From Candidatus Nomurabacteria bacterium (GTDB lineage Bacteria; Patescibacteriota; Minisyncoccia; Phycocordibacterales; UBA5272), in NCBI GenBank assembly GCA_037130925.1, contig JBAXSC010000001.1, positions 26,896 through 90,895 of the forward strand: a DNA stretch of 64,000 nt. Reading direction: 5' to 3'. Each line of letters starts with the position of its first letter. Within the stretch, counting starts at the first letter, position 1. Shown here one piece after another: positions 1-11,600 of the stretch. Below the pieces are notes generated by a model. It saw only the letters and a program-made list of their open reading frames with translations, ran no database searches and was not told the DNA's origin. Position numbers and translations under genes: made by a program.

Positions 1-594
1 AATACTTTAAATAATAAATATAAAAATCTTATAGCTATTCATCTGGGTGGTGGTGGATCAGTGACTGCTATTAAAAACAGTAAAAGTGTTTATAATTCTT
101 TTGGTATGACTCCTGTCTCTGGACTTATTAATCTGACTCGTGTCGGAGATATAGATCCATTTGTAGTTTTAAAGATTTTTAAAAATCACAAAAAAGCTTT
201 TTCACTTTTAGATGAAGGTGATGTTGCTTTTAATAAATCCTCTGAAGACCTTTATAAAAAAGGTGGACTTTATTCTCTGACTGGAGAAAAAGATATGAGA
301 GATATTTTAAATAATTTAAATTCCAAAGATAAAGAAATAAAAGAAAAAAATAATTTTGCTCTCGATGTCTATGTAGAAAAGATAAATGAATATGTCGGCT
401 CAGCATTTGCTCATCTTGGTAAAACTGATGCTCTCGTTTTAACTGGAGCTATTTTAGAAAAATCAGAAATTTTCAGAGAAAAATTACTTAAAAAAATATC
501 TTGGTTAAAAGTTAAAAAAGAAAATATTTTAGTTTTAAGTACAGAGGAAGAAAAGGAAATTGCGAGATTGGTTTTAGAAGGGGAATTTATTTAG
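1..594 (+). CDS. ackA: Acetate kinase, C-terminal part (5' end lies outside the window)
   Basis: The frame is open from nt 1. IAIHLGGGGSVTAI...FGMTPVSGLINLTRVGDIDP matches the conserved acetate kinase core (HLGxGxS...TPLEGLxMGTRxGDxDP). Confidence 0.8.
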   Translation, partial: NTLNNKYKNLIAIHLGGGGSVTAIKNSKSVYNSFGMTPVSGLINLTRVGDIDPFVVLKIFKNHKKAFSLLDEGDVAFNKSSEDLYKKGGLYSLTGEKDMRDILNNLNSKDKEIKEKNNFALDVYVEKINEYVGSAFAHLGKTDALVLTGAILEKSEIFREKLLKKISWLKVKKENILVLSTEEEKEIARLVLEGEFI

Positions 595-614
595 AAAATA
601 AAATTATAAAATAA

Positions 615-646
615 AAAATGCCGAATAAAAATACTCGGCATTTTAT
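615..646. terminator. Bidirectional intrinsic terminator
   Basis: Perfect 10-bp stem aaaatgccga/tcggcatttt flanked by A and T runs, between convergent genes. Confidence 0.6.
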
Positions 647-672
647 TTAATTCTTCAAAAGAATTTAAATTT

Positions 673-1137
673 TTAATAATACACTCCAAACAAAGTGTAG
701 TCGGCTCCAATAGGATTGAACCCATTGTTTGCTCCCATACTCATACTGAGTCTAGTTGCTCCAGTACGATTAACTGCTTCTTGCACCATTAACAGATTGT
801 CACCCATGATGGCACAATTAATTCTTTCTTTCGAAATGTAAATTGTACCTTCGTAAATTCCGTAGTATTTGTGCACTTGTAACAAGTACCAATACCCTTG
901 TTGGAAGGTGCTTTGTGCTCCTTGGCACGGAGCATAGTAGCCTTTTAACTCCTGTGAAGACAAATCTTCGCTTTTTGCATAACCGGTGTAGGCTTGCAAA
1001 TAAATCTGGTTTGGAGCCCAAAGCTCCTTTGGCGGATTATCTGTCTCCACTACAGAAGGTAAAAGGGTTGTTTTATTACAACTTGTAAAAGTTATAACAG
1101 CTAATACTAAAACTGAAAAGAACGATACTTTTTTCAT
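673..1137 (-). CDS. Putative lipoprotein, unknown function
   Basis: N-terminal MKKVSFFSVLVLAVITFTSC looks like a signal peptide with a lipobox Cys. Confidence 0.55.
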   Translation of the reverse strand: MKKVSFFSVLVLAVITFTSCNKTTLLPSVVETDNPPKELWAPNQIYLQAYTGYAKSEDLSSQELKGYYAPCQGAQSTFQQGYWYLLQVHKYYGIYEGTIYISKERINCAIMGDNLLMVQEAVNRTGATRLSMSMGANNGFNPIGADYTLFGVYY

Positions 1138-1339
1138 CTTAAAAATGTTTTTTTGTTTGAAAATAATTTACATATTAAATATATCATATTTTAGTAAAAT
1201 GTCAAGTATTAATTATTTGTTTATTTTGTTGTAGTTTTTGTTTTTTGAGCTATTTTTTGCTATAATTTCCTCAATAAAATATATCGAATAAAGGTTGCTG
1301 ATATTATTTATTTATAAATTTAGGCTTTTTAATCAAACT

Positions 1340-2719
1340 ATGAAAGAAAAATATTTAACTTACCGTGTCGTCGCCTTATGGCTTCTTGTTTTAGCTGGTG
1401 TGATTTGGTTTTTTTTAATTTACAAAACTCCATCATTCAAATATGGACTTGATCTAAATGGTGGTACATCTCTTACTTATGTAGCAGATTTATCAAAAAT
1501 AAATCAAGCAAATGTGGATGCCGCAAATGCTTCTACTTCTGTTTCTACTACTACAGGACAAGTTGTTCAAACAGTAGATAATACAAAATTAAATATCGAA
1601 GATAGTATGGGCGGTCTTCGTGAAGTTATTGAAAAGAGAATAAATGTTTTTGGTGTTTCAGAGCCAATTATTCGTACAGAATATTCACAATATACAGATG
1701 AGCACAGATTAATTGTTGAGCTTCCTGGTATTACCGATATTAATAAAGCTATCGCAACTATAGGTGATACTCCAACTCTAGAATTCAAATTGGTTGAAAT
1801 TGAAAAAGCTATTGATGGATCAACTTCTACAAAATTGATTGAAACAGGGCTTAATGGTAATTATTTACAAAAATCTATTTTGAGTTTTGACTCTTATACA
1901 AATAAGCCTGAAGTTATTGTAAATTTTAATACTGAAGGTACAAAAATGTTTGCTGATATTACAAAAAATAATATTGGAAAACAAATGGCTATTTATCTTG
2001 ATGGAAATGTTGTTTCTTCGCCTGTTATTCAAGAAGAAATTCCTGGAGGAAGAGCTACAATTTCTGGTAGTTTTACAACAGAAGAAGCAAAGATTCTTGT
2101 AACAAGACTAAATTCTGGAGCTCTCCCTGTACCTATTAAGCTTGTGTCACATCAGGTTGTTACTGCCACATTGGGTGATCAAGCAAAATCTCAAGGATTA
2201 TTAGCTGGAGAAATTGGTATTGCAATTATTATTATTCTTATGATTCTTTGGTATAGACTTCCTGGAGCTATCGCATCAGTTGCTTTACTCGCATATGTAG
2301 GAATAGTACTTATGATATTTAAACTCGTTCCTGTTGTTTTGACTGGAGCTGGAATAGCCGGGTTTATAATCTCTGTCGGTGTCGCAATAGATGCGAATAT
2401 TTTGATCTTTGAAAGATTGAAAGAAGAAATTAATAGAGGAAAAAATTTAGCAGAAGCTGTAGAAGAAGCATTTGCGAGAGCTTGGACTTCTATTCGTGAT
2501 TCAAATATTGCCTCAATACTCGTAGCTTTAATTTTATATAATTTCGGATCGGCATTATTGGCAGGATTCGGACTTGTATTTGGAATAGGCGTACTAGTGT
2601 CTATGGTTTCAGCAATGTTTATTTCAAAATACTTTATGAGAGCAATTGTACCAGTCGATACAAATAGTAAAAATTACAAGCGCATGAAGTTCTTATTCAT
2701 GTCAGGATTCAGTAAATAA
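1340..2719 (+). CDS. secD: Protein translocase subunit SecD
   Basis: Periplasmic domain followed by 6 TM helices with SecD/F motifs (LGLDLNGG, DANILIFERLKEE). The ATG at 1340 is preferred over the TTG at 1295. Confidence 0.85.
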   Translation: MKEKYLTYRVVALWLLVLAGVIWFFLIYKTPSFKYGLDLNGGTSLTYVADLSKINQANVDAANASTSVSTTTGQVVQTVDNTKLNIEDSMGGLREVIEKRINVFGVSEPIIRTEYSQYTDEHRLIVELPGITDINKAIATIGDTPTLEFKLVEIEKAIDGSTSTKLIETGLNGNYLQKSILSFDSYTNKPEVIVNFNTEGTKMFADITKNNIGKQMAIYLDGNVVSSPVIQEEIPGGRATISGSFTTEEAKILVTRLNSGALPVPIKLVSHQVVTATLGDQAKSQGLLAGEIGIAIIIILMILWYRLPGAIASVALLAYVGIVLMIFKLVPVVLTGAGIAGFIISVGVAIDANILIFERLKEEINRGKNLAEAVEEAFARAWTSIRDSNIASILVALILYNFGSALLAGFGLVFGIGVLVSMVSAMFISKYFMRAIVPVDTNSKNYKRMKFLFMSGFSK

Positions 2720-2727
2720 TTAAATAT

Positions 2728-3669
2728 ATGTTTATCATTAAATACAAATGGATATTTTTAACAATCAGTGCTGTTTTGGTTTTTGGTTCATTAATTTTAA
2801 TTGGAACAAAAGGAATTAAAAAAAGTATTGATTTTACAGGAGGAACAGAAGTTGTAGTTTCATACAATGGATATACTTCTACTCCAGAAGGAAAGATAGA
2901 TTTAAATTTTATTAAAGATAATTTAGTAAAAAATAATTTTTCAGTAAAAGATGTTTCAATACAAAAAGAAAACTTAGATGGAAGTATGCTTGTTGATATT
3001 AAATTAACAGGTGACTTGTCAAATGATCAAAGATTAAATTTTGAAAATGCTTGGAGTTTTAATCATGATTCACATTATGAAGCAAAACAAGTTTCTGAGA
3101 CTACAATTGGTCCATCAATCGGAAAAGAATTAACACAAAAAGCTTTTCTTTCTATTATTTTAGTTGCTTTAGTTATTATTCTTTTTATCGCCTTCTCATT
3201 TAGTTCTGTATCAAAGCCTGTTTCAAGTTGGAAATACGGATTGATAGCAATTGTTACTTTGGTCCATGACGTGGCTATTCCTACAGGAATGTATGCTGTG
3301 TTAGGACAAAGAAATGGTGCAGAAGTTGATTCTCTATTCGTGATCGCACTTCTTACAATTATGGGTATTTCTATTGCGGATACTATTGTGGTATTTGATC
3401 GTATTCGTGAGAATTTGAAAAATAGAAAATCAGGTGAGACTTTCCCAGAAATAGTTGGTCACTCATTAAGTCAGACTTTACTCCGATCATTTAATACTTC
3501 ATTTGCTGTCGTATTAGTACTTATTTCATTATTCTATTTTGGTCCTGCATCAATTCATAATTTTGCTTTGACTCTAATAGTTGGAATGATAGTTGGTACT
3601 TATTCATCAATCTTCGTCGCTTCACCATTACTTGTTCTTGTTGAAAAATGGCAAAGAAAAGGTAAATAG
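2728..3669 (+). CDS. secF: Protein translocase subunit SecF
   Basis: IDFTGGTEV, DTIVVFDRIREN, and adjacency to secD. Confidence 0.85.
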   Translation: MFIIKYKWIFLTISAVLVFGSLILIGTKGIKKSIDFTGGTEVVVSYNGYTSTPEGKIDLNFIKDNLVKNNFSVKDVSIQKENLDGSMLVDIKLTGDLSNDQRLNFENAWSFNHDSHYEAKQVSETTIGPSIGKELTQKAFLSIILVALVIILFIAFSFSSVSKPVSSWKYGLIAIVTLVHDVAIPTGMYAVLGQRNGAEVDSLFVIALLTIMGISIADTIVVFDRIRENLKNRKSGETFPEIVGHSLSQTLLRSFNTSFAVVLVLISLFYFGPASIHNFALTLIVGMIVGTYSSIFVASPLLVLVEKWQRKGK

Positions 3670-3695
3670 GAATTAAATATTCATTTAACTTCAGA

Positions 3696-4448
3696 ATGAA
3701 AATCTTAGTAAATAATAATATTGTAAATTATAAAGATATAGGAGACGAAAATAAGCCTGTGGTAGTATTTTTACACGGCTGGTTAGACAATCTTTCTTCT
3801 TTTAAAGATATGGAAATATTGCAAGATGATTTTCGACTTATATTTATTGATTTACCAGGATTCGGAGAATCTGTTATTGGTAATAAAAATGCTGATTTGT
3901 CTTATTATGTAGATTGTTTAAATGATTTTTTAAAAAAAATAAATGTAGTACCTTATACTTATGTTGGACATTCTTTTGGAGGGAGAATTTTAATAAAAGG
4001 TTTTGGTTTAAAATATTTAAATTCTAAAAAAATAATATTAATAGGCTCTGCAGGTATCAAAGAAAGTATTTCTGTTAAAAATAGAATATTATTTGTTTGT
4101 GCAAAAATTTTGAAAATTTTATTATTTCCTTTTAAAAAATATCAACAAAAGTTTAAAAACAAATTATATAATTATATTGGCAGTGATTATACAAAATCTT
4201 CAGAGTTAAATAATATTTATAAAAACATTATTTCTGAAGATCTACAAAAATATGCTAAAAATATATCAGTAAAAACTTTATTGATATATGGTGATAATGA
4301 TAAGACAACACCTATCTCTTATGGAAAATTATTTAATAAATTAATAAAAGATTCTAGACTTGTTATTATTAAAGATGCAGGGCACTTTACACATATGGAT
4401 AAGAAATCAGAAGTTATTGATTTAATAAAATCTTTTTTAATAAATTGA
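3696..4448 (+). CDS. Alpha/beta-fold hydrolase
   Basis: HGW oxyanion region, GHSFGG nucleophile elbow, C-terminal AGHFTH. Ends in TGA. Confidence 0.7.
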   Translation: MKILVNNNIVNYKDIGDENKPVVVFLHGWLDNLSSFKDMEILQDDFRLIFIDLPGFGESVIGNKNADLSYYVDCLNDFLKKINVVPYTYVGHSFGGRILIKGFGLKYLNSKKIILIGSAGIKESISVKNRILFVCAKILKILLFPFKKYQQKFKNKLYNYIGSDYTKSSELNNIYKNIISEDLQKYAKNISVKTLLIYGDNDKTTPISYGKLFNKLIKDSRLVIIKDAGHFTHMDKKSEVIDLIKSFLIN

Positions 4449-4450
4449 TT

Positions 4451-5866
4451 ATGAAATATTTATTTTCTTTGTATTCTTTAAAATTTGTAAAATCATTAGT
4501 TTATTTAATGCAAAAGTGTGAATATTTTGTAATGGACTTTTTAGGTGTTTTGAGACATGTTTCTGATTTTAGAAAAGTAGAAATTCGAGGTAAATTAGTT
4601 TTTACTATTAAGGCTAATATTATATATATAATATTAGAGTTATCACGTATTATTTTATTTTGTTTTGCTTTATATAATATATTTTATTTAAAATTATATT
4701 TTAATATTATCTTTTTAGTTTTAATTCCAGTTCTGATAATTATAGAATTAATTATAATTTCATTATTGGTTAATTTTTTACAAAAACCTTTAGAATATTA
4801 TTTAATATATAAAGCAAAAAGAAAATTAAAAAATATAAAGGCTATAAAAATAGGAATTGTTGGGAGTTTTGGTAAAACTTCAATGAGAGAGATTTTGTTT
4901 TCTGTATTAGATGGCGGCAAAAAAGTCGCTACTGTTTCTGAAAATCATAATACCCCTTTAGGTATTGCTAAATTTATAATGAATTTAAAAGGCGACGAGG
5001 ATATTTTAATATTTGAATTTGGTGAATATTATAAAGGAGATATTAAGTATTTATGTAATTTTATAAAACCAGATATGGGTATTATTACAGGAATAAATGA
5101 AGCGCACATGGAAAGGTTTAAAAGCATTAAAAATATTATTTCTACCATTTTTGAAATATCTGATTATTTAAAAGATAAAAATGTGTATGTAAATACAGAT
5201 AATCAATTAGTTGATCTTAATAAAAGAAAAGTTAATATACCATTTAATGTTAATGGTATTGAGAATTTTTTAACTTCTAATATTAAATCTGATTTAAATG
5301 GTACCAGTTTTTCTCTTGACGAAAATAATAAGATTGTAAATTATAAAACAATATTAATAGGTAAACATAATGTTTCTTATATTACATTATCTATTTTTTT
5401 GGCTAAAAAATTTGGTTTAAGTGATAATGAAATGATGAAAGGTGTTGAAAATATCAAACCAATAAAACATAGATTAGAATTAAAAAAAATAAATAATAAT
5501 TTATCATTTTTAGACGATTCTTATAATGGTAATATTGATGGATTTATGGTTGCTTTAGATTTTTTAAAAGGAATAAAAGATAAAAGAATTTTATATGTTA
5601 CTCCTGGTCTGGTTGAATCTGGTAGTGCAAAAGTTGAATTGCATGAAAAAATAGGTAATTCTATAGCAGAATCTAATATAAAAAATGTTATTTTAATAAA
5701 AAACTCTGTTACTCCTGTTATAGTTAAAGCTCTTAATAATGCTGGATATGATGGTGAAATAATGTTTTTTGATACTATGTTGGACCTTCTTAAGAATTTA
5801 CAGTATTTTACTCTAGAAAATGATTTGCTTGTAATACAAAATGATTGGGGTGATCATCATTTTTAG
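4451..5866 (+). CDS. Mur ligase family protein, MurF-like, with a hydrophobic N-terminal region in place of the usual N-domain
   Basis: P-loop IVGSFGKTSMRE, DDSYNGN motif, next to ddl. The first ~115 aa are predicted TM helices. Confidence 0.65.
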   Translation: MKYLFSLYSLKFVKSLVYLMQKCEYFVMDFLGVLRHVSDFRKVEIRGKLVFTIKANIIYIILELSRIILFCFALYNIFYLKLYFNIIFLVLIPVLIIIELIIISLLVNFLQKPLEYYLIYKAKRKLKNIKAIKIGIVGSFGKTSMREILFSVLDGGKKVATVSENHNTPLGIAKFIMNLKGDEDILIFEFGEYYKGDIKYLCNFIKPDMGIITGINEAHMERFKSIKNIISTIFEISDYLKDKNVYVNTDNQLVDLNKRKVNIPFNVNGIENFLTSNIKSDLNGTSFSLDENNKIVNYKTILIGKHNVSYITLSIFLAKKFGLSDNEMMKGVENIKPIKHRLELKKINNNLSFLDDSYNGNIDGFMVALDFLKGIKDKRILYVTPGLVESGSAKVELHEKIGNSIAESNIKNVILIKNSVTPVIVKALNNAGYDGEIMFFDTMLDLLKNLQYFTLENDLLVIQNDWGDHHF

Positions 5867-5886
5867 TTATGATATATTAATAATAT

Positions 5887-7062
5887 ATGAAGACTAATAA
5901 TAAAAAGAATATAGCTGTAATATTTGGTGGTAAAAGTGCTGAGCATGATGTTTCTATTGTTACAGCTCACATTCCTATTATAGATAGTCTTGTCATTTCA
6001 AAAAAGTATAATATTATACCTATATATATAAATAAAGAGGGAATTTGGTATTCTTCTAAAGAAATGATAAAGCTTTCATTTTTTCAAGATAAAGATTATT
6101 TAAATAAATTAAATAAAAAAGATAAGGTGCAAATTTTTATTGAAGATGGATTTTTTGTAAAACAAAACAATCTTTTTTCTGAAAAAATAAAAATTGATTT
6201 AGTTTTTCCTGCTTTACATGGAACTTATGGAGAAGACGGTAGTCTTACAGGTCTTTTACGTATGGCAAATGTTCCTTTTGTTGGTTGTGATATTTTCGCT
6301 TCAGCTGTTGCTATGGATAAAGTTTTAACTAAACAAATTCTAAGTAGTGAGAATATTCCTGTGACTAAGTATGAATGGTTTACAAAGAAAGATTTTGAAA
6401 TAAAAAAAGAAGAAATATTAAACAGTATTAAAAATTTAAATTATCCATTATTTATAAAGCCAGTACATTTAGGCTCTAGTATAGGAATAACTAAAGCTAA
6501 AAATGAAAAAGAATTAATAAATGGTATTGAAGTTGCTTTATTTTATGATGATAAGATTTTAGTTGAAGAAGGTGTTAATAATTTAATAGAGGTAACATTA
6601 CCAATGATAGGAAATAATGAGATCCTTTTTGGAAACATTGAACGTCCTTTAAGCAAAGAAGATTTTTTTGATTTTAATACAAAATATATAAACAGTAATA
6701 GTAAAATTAGTAATAATGGAGTAAATACAGAATATAGTGAAATTCCTGCAAAGATAGATCAATTTTTTAAAGATAAAGTTTTAGATTATGCTAAAAAAAC
6801 TTTTAATATTTTAGGTTGTAGTGGAATAGTTAGAATAGATTTTTTAATAAACGAATTTACAAAAGAAGTTTTTGTAAATGAAGTTAATACTTTGCCTGGT
6901 AGTCTGTATGCACACAATTTTAAAAAGTCTGGTATCACTAATTTAGAATTAGTAGATAAGTTAATTGATTATGCTTTTGAAAGATTTGAAAGCAAGAATG
7001 CTATCATAAATAATTTTGATTCAAAGATATTGCAAAGTGTCGGTGGCGGAAAGAAGCAATAA
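5887..7062 (+). CDS. ddl: D-alanine--D-alanine ligase
   Basis: IAVIFGGKSAEHDVS, LHGTYGEDGSLTGLL, ATP-grasp C-terminus EVNTLPG. Confidence 0.9.
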   Translation: MKTNNKKNIAVIFGGKSAEHDVSIVTAHIPIIDSLVISKKYNIIPIYINKEGIWYSSKEMIKLSFFQDKDYLNKLNKKDKVQIFIEDGFFVKQNNLFSEKIKIDLVFPALHGTYGEDGSLTGLLRMANVPFVGCDIFASAVAMDKVLTKQILSSENIPVTKYEWFTKKDFEIKKEEILNSIKNLNYPLFIKPVHLGSSIGITKAKNEKELINGIEVALFYDDKILVEEGVNNLIEVTLPMIGNNEILFGNIERPLSKEDFFDFNTKYINSNSKISNNGVNTEYSEIPAKIDQFFKDKVLDYAKKTFNILGCSGIVRIDFLINEFTKEVFVNEVNTLPGSLYAHNFKKSGITNLELVDKLIDYAFERFESKNAIINNFDSKILQSVGGGKKQ

Positions 7063-7103
7063 TTTTTAAATGTTATAATTTAATCAATAAAATAAACAAA
7101 TAT

Positions 7104-7667
7104 ATGTCAGATCCAAAAGAAATTATCCTTAGTTTTCTAAATCATTATATGCCGATTTTAACTTTAATTGGCTTTATATTATTAGTTGTAGTTTATATTC
7201 ATCATTTTCATTTTCATTTTACAAAAAAAGAATCAAATATTTTAAATAAGATTTCAAATATTTCTCTTCCTTTAGGATTTTTTGCTTCACTTTTTGCAAT
7301 GCTTATTTCTTTGATCTATTCTGATTATTTAGGACAAGCAGCATGTGGGCTTTGCTGGTTTCAAAGAGTTTTCATTTATTCTCAAATAGTATTATTTGCT
7401 ATCGCATATGTGAAAAATGATTTAAAAATCTTTCAATATACATTTTGGCTTTCTGTTGTCGGTGGAGCCATAGCTATTTATCATGAGTATTTACAGCTTG
7501 GTTATTCAGAATTGATTCCTTGTCCTGTCGTTGCTACGACAGTTGATTGTGCGAAGCCAACATTCTTATCTTTTGGATTTATTACATTTCCATTTATGAG
7601 TTTGACTCTATTTTTATTCTTAATTTTACTTGCTATCTCAGTTAAATATCACAGAAAGGAGAAATAA
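7104..7667 (+). CDS. Disulfide bond formation protein, DsbB/BdbC family
   Basis: 4 TM helices, CGLCWFQR motif and a second Cys pair CPVVATTVDC. Confidence 0.7.
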   Translation: MSDPKEIILSFLNHYMPILTLIGFILLVVVYIHHFHFHFTKKESNILNKISNISLPLGFFASLFAMLISLIYSDYLGQAACGLCWFQRVFIYSQIVLFAIAYVKNDLKIFQYTFWLSVVGGAIAIYHEYLQLGYSELIPCPVVATTVDCAKPTFLSFGFITFPFMSLTLFLFLILLAISVKYHRKEK

Positions 7668-7682
7668 AAGCTTATTAAAAAT

Positions 7683-8180
7683 ATGAAAAATTTTCTAAAA
7701 ACAATTTTACCTATCATTATAGTAATTATTTTAGTATTGTTAGTTTTATTTTTTTATAAAAATTCTAAAAATGATTCTGACAATTTTATAAATAAACCTA
7801 TAGAAAATACTGTTGCAACAACAACTTTAAATAGTGGTGATAGTTCTACAACTTATTTATATAAAAATCATGGATTTAGTATTGAATTACCAAAAGGGTA
7901 TGTTGTACCAACAGAGTCAGTAAATGGAAGAGGGACTTATACTGAAATTTATTTTCCTAACAGTACAATGACTTATATAACAGATGTTGTTAATCAGGAT
8001 AATAATTTATCAAAATTTGAAAATAAAGGAGAAGAAAAAATTGGAGATACAACTTTTAAGATTTATTTTAATAAAAGTATGAATGCTTATCTTTATTGGT
8101 TTAAACAAGGAAAAGTTGGGTATTTATTTTCTGGAGATAAAGATTTGTTAAAAACTTTTAAATTTATTGGTTGGCAATAA
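7683..8180 (+). CDS. Membrane-anchored hypothetical protein
   Basis: Single N-terminal TM helix. No recognisable domain. Confidence 0.5.
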   Translation: MKNFLKTILPIIIVIILVLLVLFFYKNSKNDSDNFINKPIENTVATTTLNSGDSSTTYLYKNHGFSIELPKGYVVPTESVNGRGTYTEIYFPNSTMTYITDVVNQDNNLSKFENKGEEKIGDTTFKIYFNKSMNAYLYWFKQGKVGYLFSGDKDLLKTFKFIGWQ

Positions 8181-8270
8181 TATTTGTTTTTTAAAAAAAT
8201 AATTATTTTACCTTTAAAAATCAAGCTTATTTAGAGGTTTATGAAAGAGCTTTAAAATAAGGACTTTTCC

Positions 8271-8299
8271 TTGCATTATTTTTTTCCTTATGCTAATAT
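8271..8299 (+). promoter_or_regulatory. Putative 16S rRNA promoter
   Basis: TTGCAT - 17 nt - TAATAT with an upstream TGC (extended -10), about 200 nt before the 16S. Confidence 0.5.
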
Positions 8300-8401
8300 A
8301 TGTGAACTTAACTAATAGGTTTTTATTTACTCTAATTCTTGAAATTAAGTATAAAAATACTTACTAGTTTGGGTGCGCTATTTGTAAACAAAATATTTAG
8401 A

Positions 8402-8487
8402 TTAACACATTTACGAATCTATCCATCTCAATCGGATAGATTCACAATTAAGAGAAAAAGAATTTTATACAAATTTCTTTTGCTCCG
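8402..8487 (+). promoter_or_regulatory. Pre-16S leader strand of the leader/trailer processing helix
   Basis: ttaacacattta (8402-8413) and ttcttttgctccg (8475-8487) are complementary to 10193-10204 and 10158-10170. An internal 10-bp hairpin gaatctatcc/ggatagattc lies at 8415-8443. Confidence 0.6.
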
Positions 8488-8498
8488 TTTTTATTTTT

Positions 8499-9989
<1,491 letters not shown>

Positions 9990-10157
9990 TGAAAAATCGT
10001 GCACACCGAATTCGGTGCATGCATTTGTCGAACAATCTTTATGGTTGTAAAAGTTTATTGAAACTCAAAATCAATCGAGCTACTTCGAGATGTAGAAAAA
10101 ATCGCGTGCACAAATGAGACAATCTTTATTGTCTCGCAGGATAAATCGCGTTGGAAG

Positions 10158-10204
10158 CGGAGCAAAAGAAAGTGGTATAATTTCTCTCTTTATAAATGTG
10201 TTAA
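10158..10204 (+). promoter_or_regulatory. Pre-16S trailer strand of the processing helix
   Basis: cggagcaaaagaa and taaatgtgttaa are complementary to the leader segments. Confidence 0.6.
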
Positions 10205-10287
10205 AAAACAAACTTAAAAAATGATTTAGGTATTTTTTGTTTTATTTGTAGTATAATTAAGACATTAATATAATAAGTTTAAATTCT

Positions 10288-11538
10288 ATGAAAAAATATT
10301 TTTTATCAGTATTGTTATTTGTGGTAGTTTTTGTTTTTAATATTTCTGTATCTAATGCACAATCTAATTGTGTAAATTTAAGAAATAATTTAAAAGTTGG
10401 TTCAAGAGATGTTTATACAAATGGAGAAGTTTCAGAGCTCCAAAGTTTTTTATATAGTAAAGGATATTTAAATACTAATCCAAGTGGATATTTTGGTCTT
10501 GCTACTAAAAGAGCAGTAATTATTTATCAGCAAAATAAAAATCTTTTTCCATCTGGATATGCTGGATCTTTAACAAGAAATGCTATTTATAATGATAGTT
10601 GTGGTTATATCCCAGTTCCGACACCAATTCCTACCCCAAACCCAAACCCAAACCCTGTTACTTATTACTGTAATTTAAATAATCAAACTTATTATAATTT
10701 AAATGATTACAATAATTATTGTAGATCTTCTTCTCTTCCAGATTATTTTGTTTCTATTTCTTTATATTCTACAAATTTATATAAAAATTTGTCGAAAAAT
10801 AATAGTGGATATTATGATTCAACAGGAGCTAATGGTAATGTAAATTTCACGATTGATACAGGTAATAACGCTTCTTGTTCGACTTATTGGAAAGGGCAAG
10901 GAGATAGTTCTTATTCTTTGATTTCAAGTAATAAAAATTTTTCACAAAGTTATGATAGTACTGTTTCAGGAATAGATTCCTATAAAGTATCTTGTGGCGA
11001 TGGTGTAAATTATAAAAATATCGATCAATATTTTTATGTTCAAACAAACCAGCAAACTAGCCAGTCTTACTATTGTAATTTAAATGGACAAACCTATTAT
11101 TCTCAAAATGATTACAATAATTATTGTAAAAGTAATACTGTGACTTATTGTGCTTTAAATACTGATTATCAAGCAGAGTCTCTTGTTATAGGAGGAGGTG
11201 CGAATTGTACTTGTCCTTCAGGATCTGTAATAACTTATAACTCTACAAGTTTCAGATGTGTATCACAAAATACTCAAAATATTTGTCCTACAGGTCAAGA
11301 TTTTTATGGTAGTAGTTATCAAAATTGCTCATGCCCTTCCAACTTTATTAAAGTTTCTTTGTCTGGTTCAATAAGTCCAGAATATTGGAAATATAGATGT
11401 ACTGCTCCAGTTACAACTTGCCCTATCACAAGTAATTATTTTTATGATTACGATTATCCGTCATGTGGTTGTCCTGGCGGATACACTAAAACTATGTCTA
11501 CTATGGTAGGTGGTCCAGGTCAATGGATTTGTAAATAA
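10288..11538 (+). CDS. Secreted Cys-rich protein with a peptidoglycan-binding domain
   Basis: Signal peptide. PG_binding_1-like segment (GEVSELQSFLYSKGYL...GYFGLATKRAVIIYQ). Duplicated YYCNLNxQTYYxxNDYNNYC module. Three C-terminal CxCPxG units. Confidence 0.6.
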   Translation: MKKYFLSVLLFVVVFVFNISVSNAQSNCVNLRNNLKVGSRDVYTNGEVSELQSFLYSKGYLNTNPSGYFGLATKRAVIIYQQNKNLFPSGYAGSLTRNAIYNDSCGYIPVPTPIPTPNPNPNPVTYYCNLNNQTYYNLNDYNNYCRSSSLPDYFVSISLYSTNLYKNLSKNNSGYYDSTGANGNVNFTIDTGNNASCSTYWKGQGDSSYSLISSNKNFSQSYDSTVSGIDSYKVSCGDGVNYKNIDQYFYVQTNQQTSQSYYCNLNGQTYYSQNDYNNYCKSNTVTYCALNTDYQAESLVIGGGANCTCPSGSVITYNSTSFRCVSQNTQNICPTGQDFYGSSYQNCSCPSNFIKVSLSGSISPEYWKYRCTAPVTTCPITSNYFYDYDYPSCGCPGGYTKTMSTMVGGPGQWICK

Positions 11539-11600
11539 TAAAAATATATATTTTTATTTAATTAATATTTAAGTTGTAATTTATATTGTATAATTTAAAT

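Noticed and set aside
3696-4448. Possible alternative genetic code (UGA recoded, as in some CPR lineages)
   Set aside because: The TGA-terminated ORFs (this hydrolase, and pncA at 57888) end where homologs end. All recognisable genes are full length under the standard code, so there is no sign of in-frame TGA read-through.
10620-10656. ccaaac tandem repeats as a microsatellite
   Set aside because: It is an in-frame Pro/Thr/Asn linker (PTPIPTPNPNPNP) within the secreted protein gene.
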